Source: Candidatus Latescibacterota bacterium (GTDB lineage: Bacteria; Latescibacterota; UBA2968). Taken from it: a stretch of 64,000 nt of DNA. How positions within the stretch are numbered: position 1 is the first letter of the stretch; every line of letters starts with the position of its first letter. The stretch spans positions 6,784,001 through 6,848,000 of the forward strand of contig OZ240241.1 in NCBI GenBank assembly GCA_965198115.1, in the 5' to 3' direction. A program made the position numbers and the translations under genes. The notes beneath the pieces are model-generated. The model saw nothing but the letters and a program-made list of their open reading frames with translations, made no database searches and was not told where the DNA came from. Below are positions 21,287 to 31,338 of the stretch, in pieces.

Positions 21287-23377
21287 ATGACACATAGACT
21301 GGGTGTCGACATCGGCGGCACGTTCACCGATGCAATCCTGATCGACGAGTCCACTGGCGACGTCCGAATCGCGAAGGTCCCCTCGACTCCCGACGACCCG
21401 TCCCGAGGCTTCCTGAAAGCAGTGACTCGCATCCTGAAGGAAGCGGAGGTCGCGCCCGAACATCTCAGCTACGTCGTGCACGCGACGACCGTGGCCACGA
21501 ATTCCATCATCGAACACAAGCTCGCCCCAACTGGCTTCCTGGCTACGGACGGCTTTCGGGATCTTTTAGAGATTCAGAGACAAATCAGGGCGGCCTTGTA
21601 CGACGTCCACTTCAAGAAGCCGGTTCCCCTTGTTCCGCGTAACGTGTGCTTCGGCGTTCCCGAGCGTCTCGACGCTCGTGGTCAGGTCATCAAGCCCCTG
21701 GATGAAGGCGCCGTCCGGCGGATTGCAAAACAGCTGCGGGAAGCCGGTGTTGAGTCCGTGGCCGTCTGCCTCCTTCACGCCTACATCAATCCAACTCACG
21801 AAAAGAGGGTGGGAGAAATCCTCCGTGAAACCTTTCCGGAAGACGCTATCTCGCTCTCATCCGACGTCGCCCCTGACTTCCGCGAATATTTTCGCGCCAG
21901 CACGACGGTGATCAACGCGGGAATTCGGCCCATCGTAGGTCGCTACCTGGAACGGATCGAGTCCCGGCTCAGTGAGATGGGCGTAACTGCGTCCCTTCTT
22001 CTTATGCAAAGCAGCGGAGGCGTCTACACGTCCGAAACGGGAACGGAGCAGCCCGTATTCATGGTCGAGTCGGGACCTGCGGCTGGTGTCATCGCGGCCA
22101 GTTATCTCGGAAGTCAGCTCGGAAAAACGGACCTTCTGTCCTTCGACATGGGTGGCACGACGGCGAAAGCAGGTCTGATCCAGGACGGCGTTCCGCACAT
22201 CACGAAAGAGTATGAGGTCGGGGCTGCCGCAACCGCGAGCGATCACGGAGGGAAGGGCGGAGGCTATCCGCTGCGGACTCCGGTGATCGACCTCGTCGAG
22301 ATTGGCGCCGGTGGGGGCTCCATCGCCTGGGTGGACGGCGGAGACATTCTCCGTGTCGGTCCCCAGAGCGCGGGCGCTGACCCGGGCCCCGTCTGTTATG
22401 GGGCTGGTGGGACGGAGCCGACGATCACGGACGCGAACCTGGTTCTCGGTCGAATCGACGCCGATTACTTCTTGGGTGGCGAGATCTCGCTGGATGTCGA
22501 TGCCGCCCGTTCCTCCATCGAGGAAAGATGCGGTCATCCTCTGGGCATGGAGGTCGTTGACGTCGCTCACGGCATCGTCGAAATCGCCAATGCCGCGATG
22601 GCAGGTGCCCTACGCAGGATATCGATTCAGCGCGGGTTCGACCCGAGGGACTTTTCGCTCGTCGCTTTCGGGGGGGCCGGACCGCTCCACGCGAATCGAT
22701 TGGCGGCGGAACTCGACATCCCCACGGTTATCGTGCCCAGAAGCCCGGGTACCTTTTCCGCGATGGGGCTGCTTGCCACGGATCTGAAACACGAATACAC
22801 CGCTACCTCGATCGAGCGACTTGAACACCTGGACCCCAAGGTCCTGGCTTCCACTTTCGAACGCCTCAGCCAGCAGGGACACAGTGCGTTGGAGCAAGAT
22901 CGTGTTTCGGCCAACGACATGCGCTTCGAGAAATTTCTCGATCTCAGGTATGTCGGGCAAAGCTACGAGCTAGCCATCTCTGTCCACGATGAGGAATTCT
23001 CATCGAGTGAACTGACCCGACTCGCCGACGCGTTTCACGCTGAGCACAGGAGGGTCTACGGGTTCAACGCCCTGGGTGAACCGATCGAGGTCGTGAATCT
23101 GCGTCTTTCCGCTATTGGCGACATCTCCAAACCCGGCTTGCGCGAAATTCAGCCGGGAGGCGATCTGAAAGATGCGAAGAAGTCCGAGAGAGAGGTCTAT
23201 TTTGCGGAAAAGGGCACCTATGTGACGACGCCCATATTCGATCGATATAAACTCGGATCGGACTCCTGTATTAAGGGGCCCGCAATCGTGGAGGAGATGG
23301 ACTCCACCACCTTGATACATCCCGAGTACGCGGTACGGGTCGATCCGTTCGGCAACATTCTGATTCAGGGTAAGTAA
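21287..23377 (+). CDS. hyuA: Hydantoinase A / 5-oxoprolinase ATP-binding subunit
   Basis: GVDIGGTFTD, HATTVATN, ESGPAAG, DMGGTT, GAGGGS, AFGGAGPLH. Confidence 0.92.
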   Translation: MTHRLGVDIGGTFTDAILIDESTGDVRIAKVPSTPDDPSRGFLKAVTRILKEAEVAPEHLSYVVHATTVATNSIIEHKLAPTGFLATDGFRDLLEIQRQIRAALYDVHFKKPVPLVPRNVCFGVPERLDARGQVIKPLDEGAVRRIAKQLREAGVESVAVCLLHAYINPTHEKRVGEILRETFPEDAISLSSDVAPDFREYFRASTTVINAGIRPIVGRYLERIESRLSEMGVTASLLLMQSSGGVYTSETGTEQPVFMVESGPAAGVIAASYLGSQLGKTDLLSFDMGGTTAKAGLIQDGVPHITKEYEVGAAATASDHGGKGGGYPLRTPVIDLVEIGAGGGSIAWVDGGDILRVGPQSAGADPGPVCYGAGGTEPTITDANLVLGRIDADYFLGGEISLDVDAARSSIEERCGHPLGMEVVDVAHGIVEIANAAMAGALRRISIQRGFDPRDFSLVAFGGAGPLHANRLAAELDIPTVIVPRSPGTFSAMGLLATDLKHEYTATSIERLEHLDPKVLASTFERLSQQGHSALEQDRVSANDMRFEKFLDLRYVGQSYELAISVHDEEFSSSELTRLADAFHAEHRRVYGFNALGEPIEVVNLRLSAIGDISKPGLREIQPGGDLKDAKKSEREVYFAEKGTYVTTPIFDRYKLGSDSCIKGPAIVEEMDSTTLIHPEYAVRVDPFGNILIQGK

Positions 23378-23483
23378 CCGACTAACTACAACGTGCTATG
23401 ATGGCGAGCAAACCAGACAAGCAGAAGACCCGGAAGACGCCGACCCCAGGTCGCTTCTGCTGCCTATGCTCTACTCAGACTGA

Positions 23484-24242
23484 ATGGACGAAATCGTGGA
23501 TATCCTGGACTACCGAAACTCGTTTGTAATCTATACGTCTGCCCGCGATGGTGTTGAAACCAACACTTGCCGGATTCTTGTGGAGGCGACGTGCACGCTG
23601 GTGGATGAGGGAAGCGGCGAATCGCGTGCGTTTTATCTGGGGAGGGAGTGCATCGGCGAGTACATCTACGAGGAAAGGATCGCCCAAGAGCCGACGTCCG
23701 AGGTTGCGATCATCTTCTGCGACGGGCCCACGGCGCTCATCAAGAAGTTCGCCAGCTGCGAGCGTGACGTCATCCAGATCGCCGACATAGGCCAGAAACG
23801 CCAGAGCTTCGACGGCAGCTTCGCTCACTGGACAGACCTGAAGTATCTGTTTCGAAACACAAGTGCTCGCCAACTTGCCGATGCAAAGGAGATCATCGCC
23901 GCCACCGTCGATGGTGAAACGATGGTTGGACGTACGATGCTGCCCGGGCCGAACGGTGGGACGACGGCGATCCTGGAATACCCAATCTCTTACATGAATG
24001 TGCACCCACCGATCGACGGGTTTCAGGTCGATGTCGGGCCAATCCTGCTGCCGAGATTGGACTCGGACGAGGAGCCGTCGGTTTCTCGTATGCAGCTGGC
24101 GTATGTCATGTACAACAACCTGGAGAGCGTTGAGTTTGCGGTGCGCGTTCCGACGCTGATCGACGCATCGGTCACGACGCAACACTACTCGAAGGTCGTC
24201 AGCGTGGCCGCCAGGACGGAGATCTTTGCACTTGGGAGTTGA
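23484..24242 (+). CDS. Hypothetical protein downstream of hydantoinase A
   Basis: 252-aa co-directional ORF; no motif recognised. Confidence 0.65.
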   Translation: MDEIVDILDYRNSFVIYTSARDGVETNTCRILVEATCTLVDEGSGESRAFYLGRECIGEYIYEERIAQEPTSEVAIIFCDGPTALIKKFASCERDVIQIADIGQKRQSFDGSFAHWTDLKYLFRNTSARQLADAKEIIAATVDGETMVGRTMLPGPNGGTTAILEYPISYMNVHPPIDGFQVDVGPILLPRLDSDEEPSVSRMQLAYVMYNNLESVEFAVRVPTLIDASVTTQHYSKVVSVAARTEIFALGS

Positions 24243-24367
24243 GGCTCTGCGGCGTCGGGGCCTCGTCGAACAAGCGGTTTGTCGGGATCTCCGAATCGAT
24301 CGTCTGCGGTCTAGATCCGAACGGCAGGAGTTCGCCAGCGCGAGCCGAAGAAGCCGGAGTACCCCGC

Positions 24368-25135
24368 TTATCCCAAGAAATCGAGGAGGAAGCGCGTGGC
24401 GTCGAGTCGAGACACTTGTGACGGCGAGTGCCCGGGTGAGTTCACGACGTGGAGCTCGCTCAGTAACGTGTTCTTCGGCGAGACCTGACGCTGGTTCTCA
24501 AACAGCTTCGCTGCGAACCGCACGCACGCTTCGGTTCCCACGATGTCATCCTTGCTGCCGACACTGAGATAGACAGCCGTGTTGGCCAGCTGATCCATCC
24601 AGTTGTCGATCCTCAGCGGTCCGGTCTTCCCACGAGGGCACGATTGGGTCATCTCTTCGGGGATGCCCCAATCCGTGACGGGTGAACAGCCCGCAACGGC
24701 GCCGACACGCGCATCGGCGGCGGCGAGACGGAGAAGGCAGTAGCCGGCGCGCGAGACCCCGTAGGAGACGGTCTTTCCGTTGGCCGCGATACCACGTTGC
24801 TGACACGCGTCGAGGACTGCGACGCCGTCCGAGACGAACTGCTCGAACCTATCCACGCCGGCCATGTAGGCAGCCCCCATTCCAAGGATGCCCTCTCCGT
24901 ATTCGTCGACGCGTTCGCCATGACACGGCAGGTCGAAGCTGACGACGTGATGCCCGGCGTCGAGGAAGATCGGCGTGGGATGGTTTTGCGTTTCGTCGTG
25001 GAGGGCGTGTTCGGCCGTCGCGCTGATGTTCATCAGCAGACCGGACGCGTCGGTCTCTTTCGCGGCGTCAGGTGAAGCCAGCGTGACCTTGACGCGTTCG
25101 CCGTTCGAGTCGACGAGAAATTCTTCCAGGTTCAT
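24368..25135 (-). CDS. Alpha/beta-hydrolase fold protein
   Basis: DLPCHGER, nucleophile elbow GVSRAG, GSKDD, PGH. Confidence 0.75.
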   Translation of the reverse strand: MNLEEFLVDSNGERVKVTLASPDAAKETDASGLLMNISATAEHALHDETQNHPTPIFLDAGHHVVSFDLPCHGERVDEYGEGILGMGAAYMAGVDRFEQFVSDGVAVLDACQQRGIAANGKTVSYGVSRAGYCLLRLAAADARVGAVAGCSPVTDWGIPEEMTQSCPRGKTGPLRIDNWMDQLANTAVYLSVGSKDDIVGTEACVRFAAKLFENQRQVSPKNTLLSELHVVNSPGHSPSQVSRLDATRFLLDFLG

Positions 25136-25145
25136 GAACGGTCCG

Positions 25146-26158
25146 TCATTCGAAGTTGAGCGGGAGGATCCACGAAACGATCCGGCCGATGTCGTAGGTG
25201 TCGAGGGGATGGAGTACACAGTCCTCGTCGATGTGGTACGTGGTCAGCTTCCCTGTGTCATCGCTACCCGCGTAAAAGAACGTGCCATCCGGATCGATGC
25301 CCACCGGCCGAGGACACGCTTCGGCCGGCACGTGTCCCCGTGAAGTCAGGCGCCCTGTGTCGGGGTTGATTTCGAACATGGCGATCGAATCGTGTCCTCG
25401 ATTGGGGACGTACACCATTCGTCCCGATGGATGAACCCTGACCGACGCCGTGCTGTTCGTTCCCGTGAAATTCGCGGGCAGCGTTGAGAGCGACTGGATT
25501 CGATCCAGCGTGCCGGCTGGGTTTAAACGATAGGCATCGATGCATGACGCCTGTTCGGCGTTGAAATAAACGACGTCCAGGTGAGGATGGAAGGCAAAGT
25601 GTCGCGGACCGTGCTCCGGCTCGGTGGCCAGCCTGGGGACCGCGTGGGGCTCGAGTCGGCCTGTAGCCTCGTCGAATTGAAACTGATAAATCGCGTCGCT
25701 GCCCGAGACGTGAGGTACGTAGACGAAACGGTTGGACGGGTCGGCCTGGATTGAATGCGCGTAGAGCTCGGTGAGCTGACGGTGGGAGGGCGGCTCGCCT
25801 ACAGCACCGTCAGCCCCGGTCGGGTGGACCGTGATGAATCCCGGGATGAGGCCGGCGGCAAAGATGAATCGCCCGGTGCGGTCCGTGCTGACGTAGCATG
25901 CGGCGGCTTCGAGCTGAACTTCGCCGGTCTGAGACAGGTCCGCCGTTTCCGGATCGATGTGGAAGCTCGCAATCCCGCTGTAATTTGGTCCCTGAGCTGC
26001 TGATACAGGCATCGCTGATTGGGATCCGCACAGACCTGCCACGGTTCATGCTGTGTTCGCGTTTCGCGGATGAGCTCCAGCTTGCCGGAATCCGGATGCA
26101 TCTGGTAGGTCAGGAATCGGCGGTCGTAGTTGACAGGGATGTAGACGATATGTCGCAC
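25146..26158 (-). pseudogene. pgl: 6-phosphogluconolactonase (lactonase beta-propeller), frameshift near 25990
   Basis: AHSIQADPSNRF, GPRHFAFHP, YVPNRGHDSI, CPR; N-terminus in ORF 25799..26158. Confidence 0.75.
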
Positions 26159-26360
26159 TTGATCCTTGAAAATGTGAGAATGGAATATGTGAAAGTTGAG
26201 GTCTTACTCATCGGGGCCCGAGTTCGGCCCTGATGATGTGTCTCCACCACCTTATCGCCTCGATTTTCTGTTGCTCTTGGCAGTCAGAATAGTGTCATAT
26301 CTCACCAGCCAAAAGATCGACTGTGGCTATCGCCTCATGAATCGCAGTCTGGAGGAAACG

Positions 26361-26813
26361 ATGATCAAGGATTCTGTCCAGAATATCAGTCTCTACGCGG
26401 GACTTTCTGGGGGTCTTTCGCAGGCGTTGAGCTACCTGGCGTCGGTAAGCGCCGACGGGTTCAAAGAGGAGACGGTAGAGATCTCCGGCAAGGACGTTTA
26501 CGCCATGCACCAGGTCTACGCAACCGAATCGGAGGAAGGACGTCTCTACGAGAACCACAAAGTCTACATCGACGTTCAGTTCGTGCTGGAGGGGGCCGAG
26601 ACGATCCGCGTTACGGATGTTCGCGATTTGAATCCAACGACGGACTACGTGACGGACTCGGATGCCAGGCTCTACGAGCTCGACGACGGCACGGACGTGA
26701 AGCTCGGCGCCGGCGACTTCGTGATTCTCTATCCCCACGATGCGCACGTTCCGAAGCTGATGACTGGATCGCCCGATGACGTGAAGAAAATCGTGGTGAA
26801 GGTGAAGATCTAG
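26361..26813 (+). CDS. YhcH/YjgK/YiaL (NanQ-like) protein
   Basis: YENHKVYIDVQ..G.E.I, DFVILYPHDAHVP, KKIVVKV; GGAGG RBS. Confidence 0.9.
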   Translation: MIKDSVQNISLYAGLSGGLSQALSYLASVSADGFKEETVEISGKDVYAMHQVYATESEEGRLYENHKVYIDVQFVLEGAETIRVTDVRDLNPTTDYVTDSDARLYELDDGTDVKLGAGDFVILYPHDAHVPKLMTGSPDDVKKIVVKVKI

Positions 26814-26875
26814 CTGATGGTTCCCGTCGTATTTCCCGTCCATCTGCATCGCCGATGTATTTGAAGGAGACTTCC

Positions 26876-28094
26876 ATGTCTTCCGTCGACCGGGATCGTT
26901 TCCTCAAAGAAGGCTATCTGATCGTCAAAGAGGCCGTGCCGCGCGGTAAACTTGAGCAAGTCCGTGCGGCCTACGAGGTGCTCGTCGATCGCCAACGGGA
27001 GATTTGGAAGGCCGAACGAGGCCCGGACGACCCGTCGGGAGACCAATGGGAGACGGCCAGGCAGCCTCGGCTGAACCTGACTACACCACCGTTGGTTGAC
27101 CGGCTCGATCCGGAAACGGCACCCGCTGTGGAGGTCTGGCTCGAGGAAAACATCCGGGGAGTGAGTTCGGCGCTCCTGGGCGAACCGACCGCAGCTGTCA
27201 CGCAAATGATGATGATGTGCAGCCCGGTCAGGGATCACGGACCTGCGCAGTGGCACCGCGACCTTCATCCGATCGATACGGCGCCGCTGCAGGGGTACAT
27301 CGATGACATCCTGGAGGCGGGGCCGCGTTACGTTCAGTGGAATATTCCCCTTTACGACGACAGCGTCCTGTGGGTCGTACCCGGGAGTCACATTCGTCTC
27401 AACACGCCCGAAGAGAACGAAGTGATGGGTGCGGATCCACGTCAGCCTCTCCCCGGCGGCGTTCAGACGCATCTAGAGGCAGGCGACGGTGTTATCTACA
27501 TTCTTCCGATCCTGCATTGGGGAAGCAACTATTCCACCGCGCTCAGGCGCACCGTTCACGGGGGGGGTTTCAACGCACACAGGCATTGATGAACTCTCGT
27601 TCGCCCAGCACCTGTCACAGGACACGGCCGACACGTTCGAGGGTTTTGTCCAGCAGAGCACTGACATGCGGCAGCACACGGAGTCTGCGTTGAAAGCCGT
27701 GATCGCGGGCGACGGTGCGTACAAAGAGGCGCTAGACAGGCTTCATCCCAATAGGGGCGAGAAGGGGCGGATCCTGTCGACTGTTTTTCTCTGCAAGGCC
27801 GCATTGTCGATCAGGCTGACGAAGGAGCCTCCGTTTCCCGAGATTCCTGAGGATCTGGATCGACGGATTCGGGGCCCGCACCCCATCACGCTCAACTGGG
27901 GGTCCGCGTTCGGGGATCGGTTTACGGCGTCTGAGGCAGACACGCTGTGGGAACGGTTCGGGCCGTTGGATGCGCTGCTCCGGACAGGTGAGGAACAGTT
28001 CGTGCCCGGATTCCAGTCAGGGCCGATGATCTATCATTTCAACGATATGCCGTCGAACTATGCGACCTCCGATTTCATAGCAAGTTGGAGTTGA
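26876..28094 (+). pseudogene. PhyH-family dioxygenase with C-terminal extension; frameshift in the G8 run near 27560
   Basis: WHRD, LWVVPGSH, ILHWG; colinear with the paralog at 28162..29391. Confidence 0.8.
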
Positions 28095-28161
28095 GTTGAG
28101 ATCAGGCTGCCATTGACGATCGAGACGATGTTGTCAGATCTACAGCTGAAAGGAGAACCCA

Positions 28162-29391
28162 GTGACGTCCGTCGACCGTGATCAGTTTCTCGAGGAAGGC
28201 TATCTGATTGTCCGGAATGCCATACCGGGCGACAAGCTCGAACGTATTCGCCAGTCTTACGAAACGCTCGTCGAAAGGCAGGTGGAGATCTGGAGGAGCG
28301 CGGATCCAGCGAAGAACATGTGGGATACCCACAAACAGCCGCGCATTGGCCTGACACAGCCATCTCTGGCACGCCACATCGATGAGAAGCTGGCGCCGGC
28401 CGTGGAGGTCTGGTTCGAGGAGAATATCAGAGGCGTAAGCACTGAGTTGCTCGATGAGCCCGATGCGGCCGTGGCCGGGATGATGATGATGTGCAATCCG
28501 GTCAGAGACCACGGACCGTCAGGGTGGCATCGGGACCTGCACCCGATCGATACGGCTCCCCTGCAGGCCTACATCGACGACATCGTCGAGACGGGCCCAC
28601 GTTATGTGCAGTGGAACATTCCCCTGTATGATGACAGCGTGCTCTATGTCATTCCTCGCAGCCATCTCCGCCACAACACGGAAGAAGAAACCGAAATCCT
28701 GACGGCGGATCACAGCCAGCCTCTACCGGGCGCCATCCAGACACATCTCGAGGCGGGCGATGGCGTGGTTTACTGTTCTCCCCCGATTCTTCATTGGGGC
28801 AGCAACTACTCGACGCTACGTCGGCGAACGCTTCACGGTGGGTTTTCGACGTACACACAACACGAGGATCTTTCGTTCACACAGCACCTGTCGCAAGATC
28901 AGGCTGATGCCTTTGAAAGATGGGGGCGTCGGAGCGACACGATGCGAAAGCATACGGAAACGGCGCTGCGTGCTGTGATCAATGTCGATGGGGATGCCTA
29001 CGAGGAAGCGATCGGAAAGCTCCACCCTCGCAGGGGCGAGAAGGGTAAGCTTCTTACGACTGTGTTCCTATGCAAAGCAGCGATTGCGATCGGGTTGACC
29101 AAAGAACCGCCGTTTCCAGAGATTCCGGAGGAGATGGAGGAACGGATCCAGGGCGCGCACGCGACATCGTTCAACTGGGGGGACGATTTCGCCAATCGAT
29201 TCACGACCGAAGAGGCCAAAACGTTGTGGCAGCGGTTCGAACCCCTTGATGCGCAGCTTCAGATGGAAGAGGAGCATTTCGTACCGGGTTTTCAACAACG
29301 AACCCCGATGCGCTATCACTTCAATGACATGCCGGAAAACTTTGCGACGGCTGATTTCATCGCGAGCTGGAATTCGACGGAAACCAGATAG
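28162..29391 (+). CDS. PhyH-family dioxygenase with C-terminal extension (tandem paralog)
   Basis: FLEEGYLIVRNAI, WHRD, AGDGV..ILHWG; AGGAG RBS. Confidence 0.85.
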   Translation: MTSVDRDQFLEEGYLIVRNAIPGDKLERIRQSYETLVERQVEIWRSADPAKNMWDTHKQPRIGLTQPSLARHIDEKLAPAVEVWFEENIRGVSTELLDEPDAAVAGMMMMCNPVRDHGPSGWHRDLHPIDTAPLQAYIDDIVETGPRYVQWNIPLYDDSVLYVIPRSHLRHNTEEETEILTADHSQPLPGAIQTHLEAGDGVVYCSPPILHWGSNYSTLRRRTLHGGFSTYTQHEDLSFTQHLSQDQADAFERWGRRSDTMRKHTETALRAVINVDGDAYEEAIGKLHPRRGEKGKLLTTVFLCKAAIAIGLTKEPPFPEIPEEMEERIQGAHATSFNWGDDFANRFTTEEAKTLWQRFEPLDAQLQMEEEHFVPGFQQRTPMRYHFNDMPENFATADFIASWNSTETR

Positions 29392-29432
29392 GAATCGCAT
29401 CCCTTAAAGTTTGTCGAATGCTTCACAACCTC

Positions 29433-29460
29433 GTAGGGCCACGGCGTGCCGTGGCCCTAC
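29433..29460. repeat. GTAG-type REP-like palindrome
   Basis: GTAGGGCCACGGC-GT-GCCGTGGCCCTAC, 13-bp perfect arms, between convergent genes. Confidence 0.8.
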
Positions 29461-29479
29461 TCTACGTACACGGATGTCT

Positions 29480-30388
29480 TCAGGCGTAGCCGTCGGGAGA
29501 CTTGCTTCGCCAAGCGGGCTGATAGCCCTTGGGGGCCTCAAAGCCATAGCGGGGCGCGATGTCGTTGTCGTTCCGCTTGGGCCAACACTGACCGCCGATC
29601 AGACGAACTTCGTCCGGTTTGCCGCACAGCCAGTAGAAGATGTGCGCCACGTAGCGAGCCAAGTTATGACCGCCGTAGTCAGCCGTGTGCGGGTCGAAGT
29701 CGGGTTCGAGCACCCAGTCCCGCTCCGGAGGGACGGTGCGCCAATAGCTGTATTTGAGCATGTGCCGGGTGCCGGCTGCCGTCGACCGGCCACGGCGATG
29801 GAGGATGCTCTGGTGATGGATGCCCACTGTCCCTGCAGGACCATCCGAGAGGACACCGCTCTCCGGCGGGTTGTCCCGGCTGTCGCTTATGTGTGTCGAC
29901 GGCGCGATCTCTGACGGGCCAAACTCAGGCGGCGTATCCTGCGGGAAGTAGAAGACTTCGACGAAGTTGAGCTCCGGTCCGAACACGTGATCGGCGTCGT
30001 GGTGCCAGCCTTGCGCCTCTTGCGGGCATTCGCATCGGTGGTCGCTGACGAGTACAGGCAGACCGACGTTCCGGCCCAGAAGCGATCGAATCGCGCCCGA
30101 TACCTGCGGGTTGAGGAGCACGTGCTCGATGAACCAGTCCTCGAGGAGGATCGTGCTCGGCGCGTGGGTGGCCCTGATGCGCTCGAGAACCTCGTTCGTC
30201 ATTCCTTCCGGAATCCACGAGGGATTGGCCGGGAGCCTGCCTTCGAGGTAATCGCACGTGCGATCGTTGATCTCATCAGGCACGACACCGCGCAAAAGCA
30301 AGTGCCCTTCTCGGCAGAACTCAACGACCTGCGAATCGGTGAGGGTGGGCTCGCAGTCGAAGGTCCAATGTCGAGGGCCGTACTTCAT
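29480..30388 (-). CDS. PhyH-family dioxygenase (start may extend to 30451)
   Basis: LTDSQVVEFCREGHL, WHHD, GPAGTV..ILHRRG. Confidence 0.8.
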   Translation of the reverse strand: MKYGPRHWTFDCEPTLTDSQVVEFCREGHLLLRGVVPDEINDRTCDYLEGRLPANPSWIPEGMTNEVLERIRATHAPSTILLEDWFIEHVLLNPQVSGAIRSLLGRNVGLPVLVSDHRCECPQEAQGWHHDADHVFGPELNFVEVFYFPQDTPPEFGPSEIAPSTHISDSRDNPPESGVLSDGPAGTVGIHHQSILHRRGRSTAAGTRHMLKYSYWRTVPPERDWVLEPDFDPHTADYGGHNLARYVAHIFYWLCGKPDEVRLIGGQCWPKRNDNDIAPRYGFEAPKGYQPAWRSKSPDGYA

Positions 30389-30442
30389 GAGGGAAGGCTG
30401 ATCTGGAAATGTCCGACGATCATATAGAGTAATCGGTTGCGG

Positions 30443-30469
30443 GTAGGCCACGGCATGCCGTGGCCCTAC
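30443..30469. repeat. GTAG-type REP-like palindrome; supplies the TAG stop of the upstream aldolase gene
   Basis: GTAGGCCACGGC-AT-GCCGTGGCCCTAC, near-identical to 29433..29460. Confidence 0.8.
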
Positions 30470-31251
30470 GAGTTAGAAATCTCCTGTGTCGCTCGAAGGG
30501 CATCGCCATACCCGTTCATGTCGTGGATGCAGTTGAGCCACCGTGTTCCCTTCTCCACTGCGATACGCATCGACTCGCCGGGGTCGACCGCCGTGCCCAT
30601 GGCTTTTCCTGTATCTCGACAGGCAGCACCTACCCGGTCGAAGGCCTCCAGGATCTTCGGGTGATCGCGGCTGTTGGGCTCACGTTCGACGCCGTAGCTG
30701 TGAGATAGATCTCTGGGGCCGATGAAGAGGAGGTCGATCCCCTCGACGGCTGCGATGGCCTCCGCGTTCTCGACGCCCTCCGCATCTTCGATCATCACAC
30801 CCAGGAGCGTATTTTCGTTTGCCCGGTCCAGGAATTCGGCCTTGGGCTCTCGGCCGAATCGGGAATCGCGACCACCGCCCATGCCGCGCAAGCCCAGGGG
30901 TCTGAACTTGGCCGCGTGAACGAAGGTCTTGGCTTTCGCGGCGCTCTTACAGTGTGGCCAGATCAGGCCGTCCGCACCGAGTTCCAGAGGCCTTAGGATC
31001 TGGTTGTAGGGTCCGTGAGCGAGGCGAACGACGAGGTCGATGTCGTGGGCTCTCGCGGCCAGAATCAGGTTGGACAGGTCACCGAGATCGATGTGGGAGT
31101 GCTCAGTGTCGACCCATACGCATTTGAAACCAGCCAGAGCGATCGCTTCCACGACGAAGGTGGAGGCCGTGCGATTGATCTCGGCCACTGGGATGGTCTC
31201 GCCTTCGAGTAGGGCTGCTTTGGTTGGGTTGGTGCCGTAGTCCTTTGCCAC
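30466..31251 (-). CDS. HpcH/HpaI-family aldolase
   Basis: WVDTEHS, VVRL, PLGLRG, MIEDAEGV, LFIGPRDLS. Confidence 0.9.
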   Translation of the reverse strand: MAKDYGTNPTKAALLEGETIPVAEINRTASTFVVEAIALAGFKCVWVDTEHSHIDLGDLSNLILAARAHDIDLVVRLAHGPYNQILRPLELGADGLIWPHCKSAAKAKTFVHAAKFRPLGLRGMGGGRDSRFGREPKAEFLDRANENTLLGVMIEDAEGVENAEAIAAVEGIDLLFIGPRDLSHSYGVEREPNSRDHPKILEAFDRVGAACRDTGKAMGTAVDPGESMRIAVEKGTRWLNCIHDMNGYGDALRATQEISNS

Positions 31252-31338
31252 TTGTCATCTCCTTGGCTGATTCTTGCAGGGAGTGTTCGGTGTTCAGGAA
31301 GACAGATAGCCCGAAAACGGGCTTACAGTATGAGTTCT

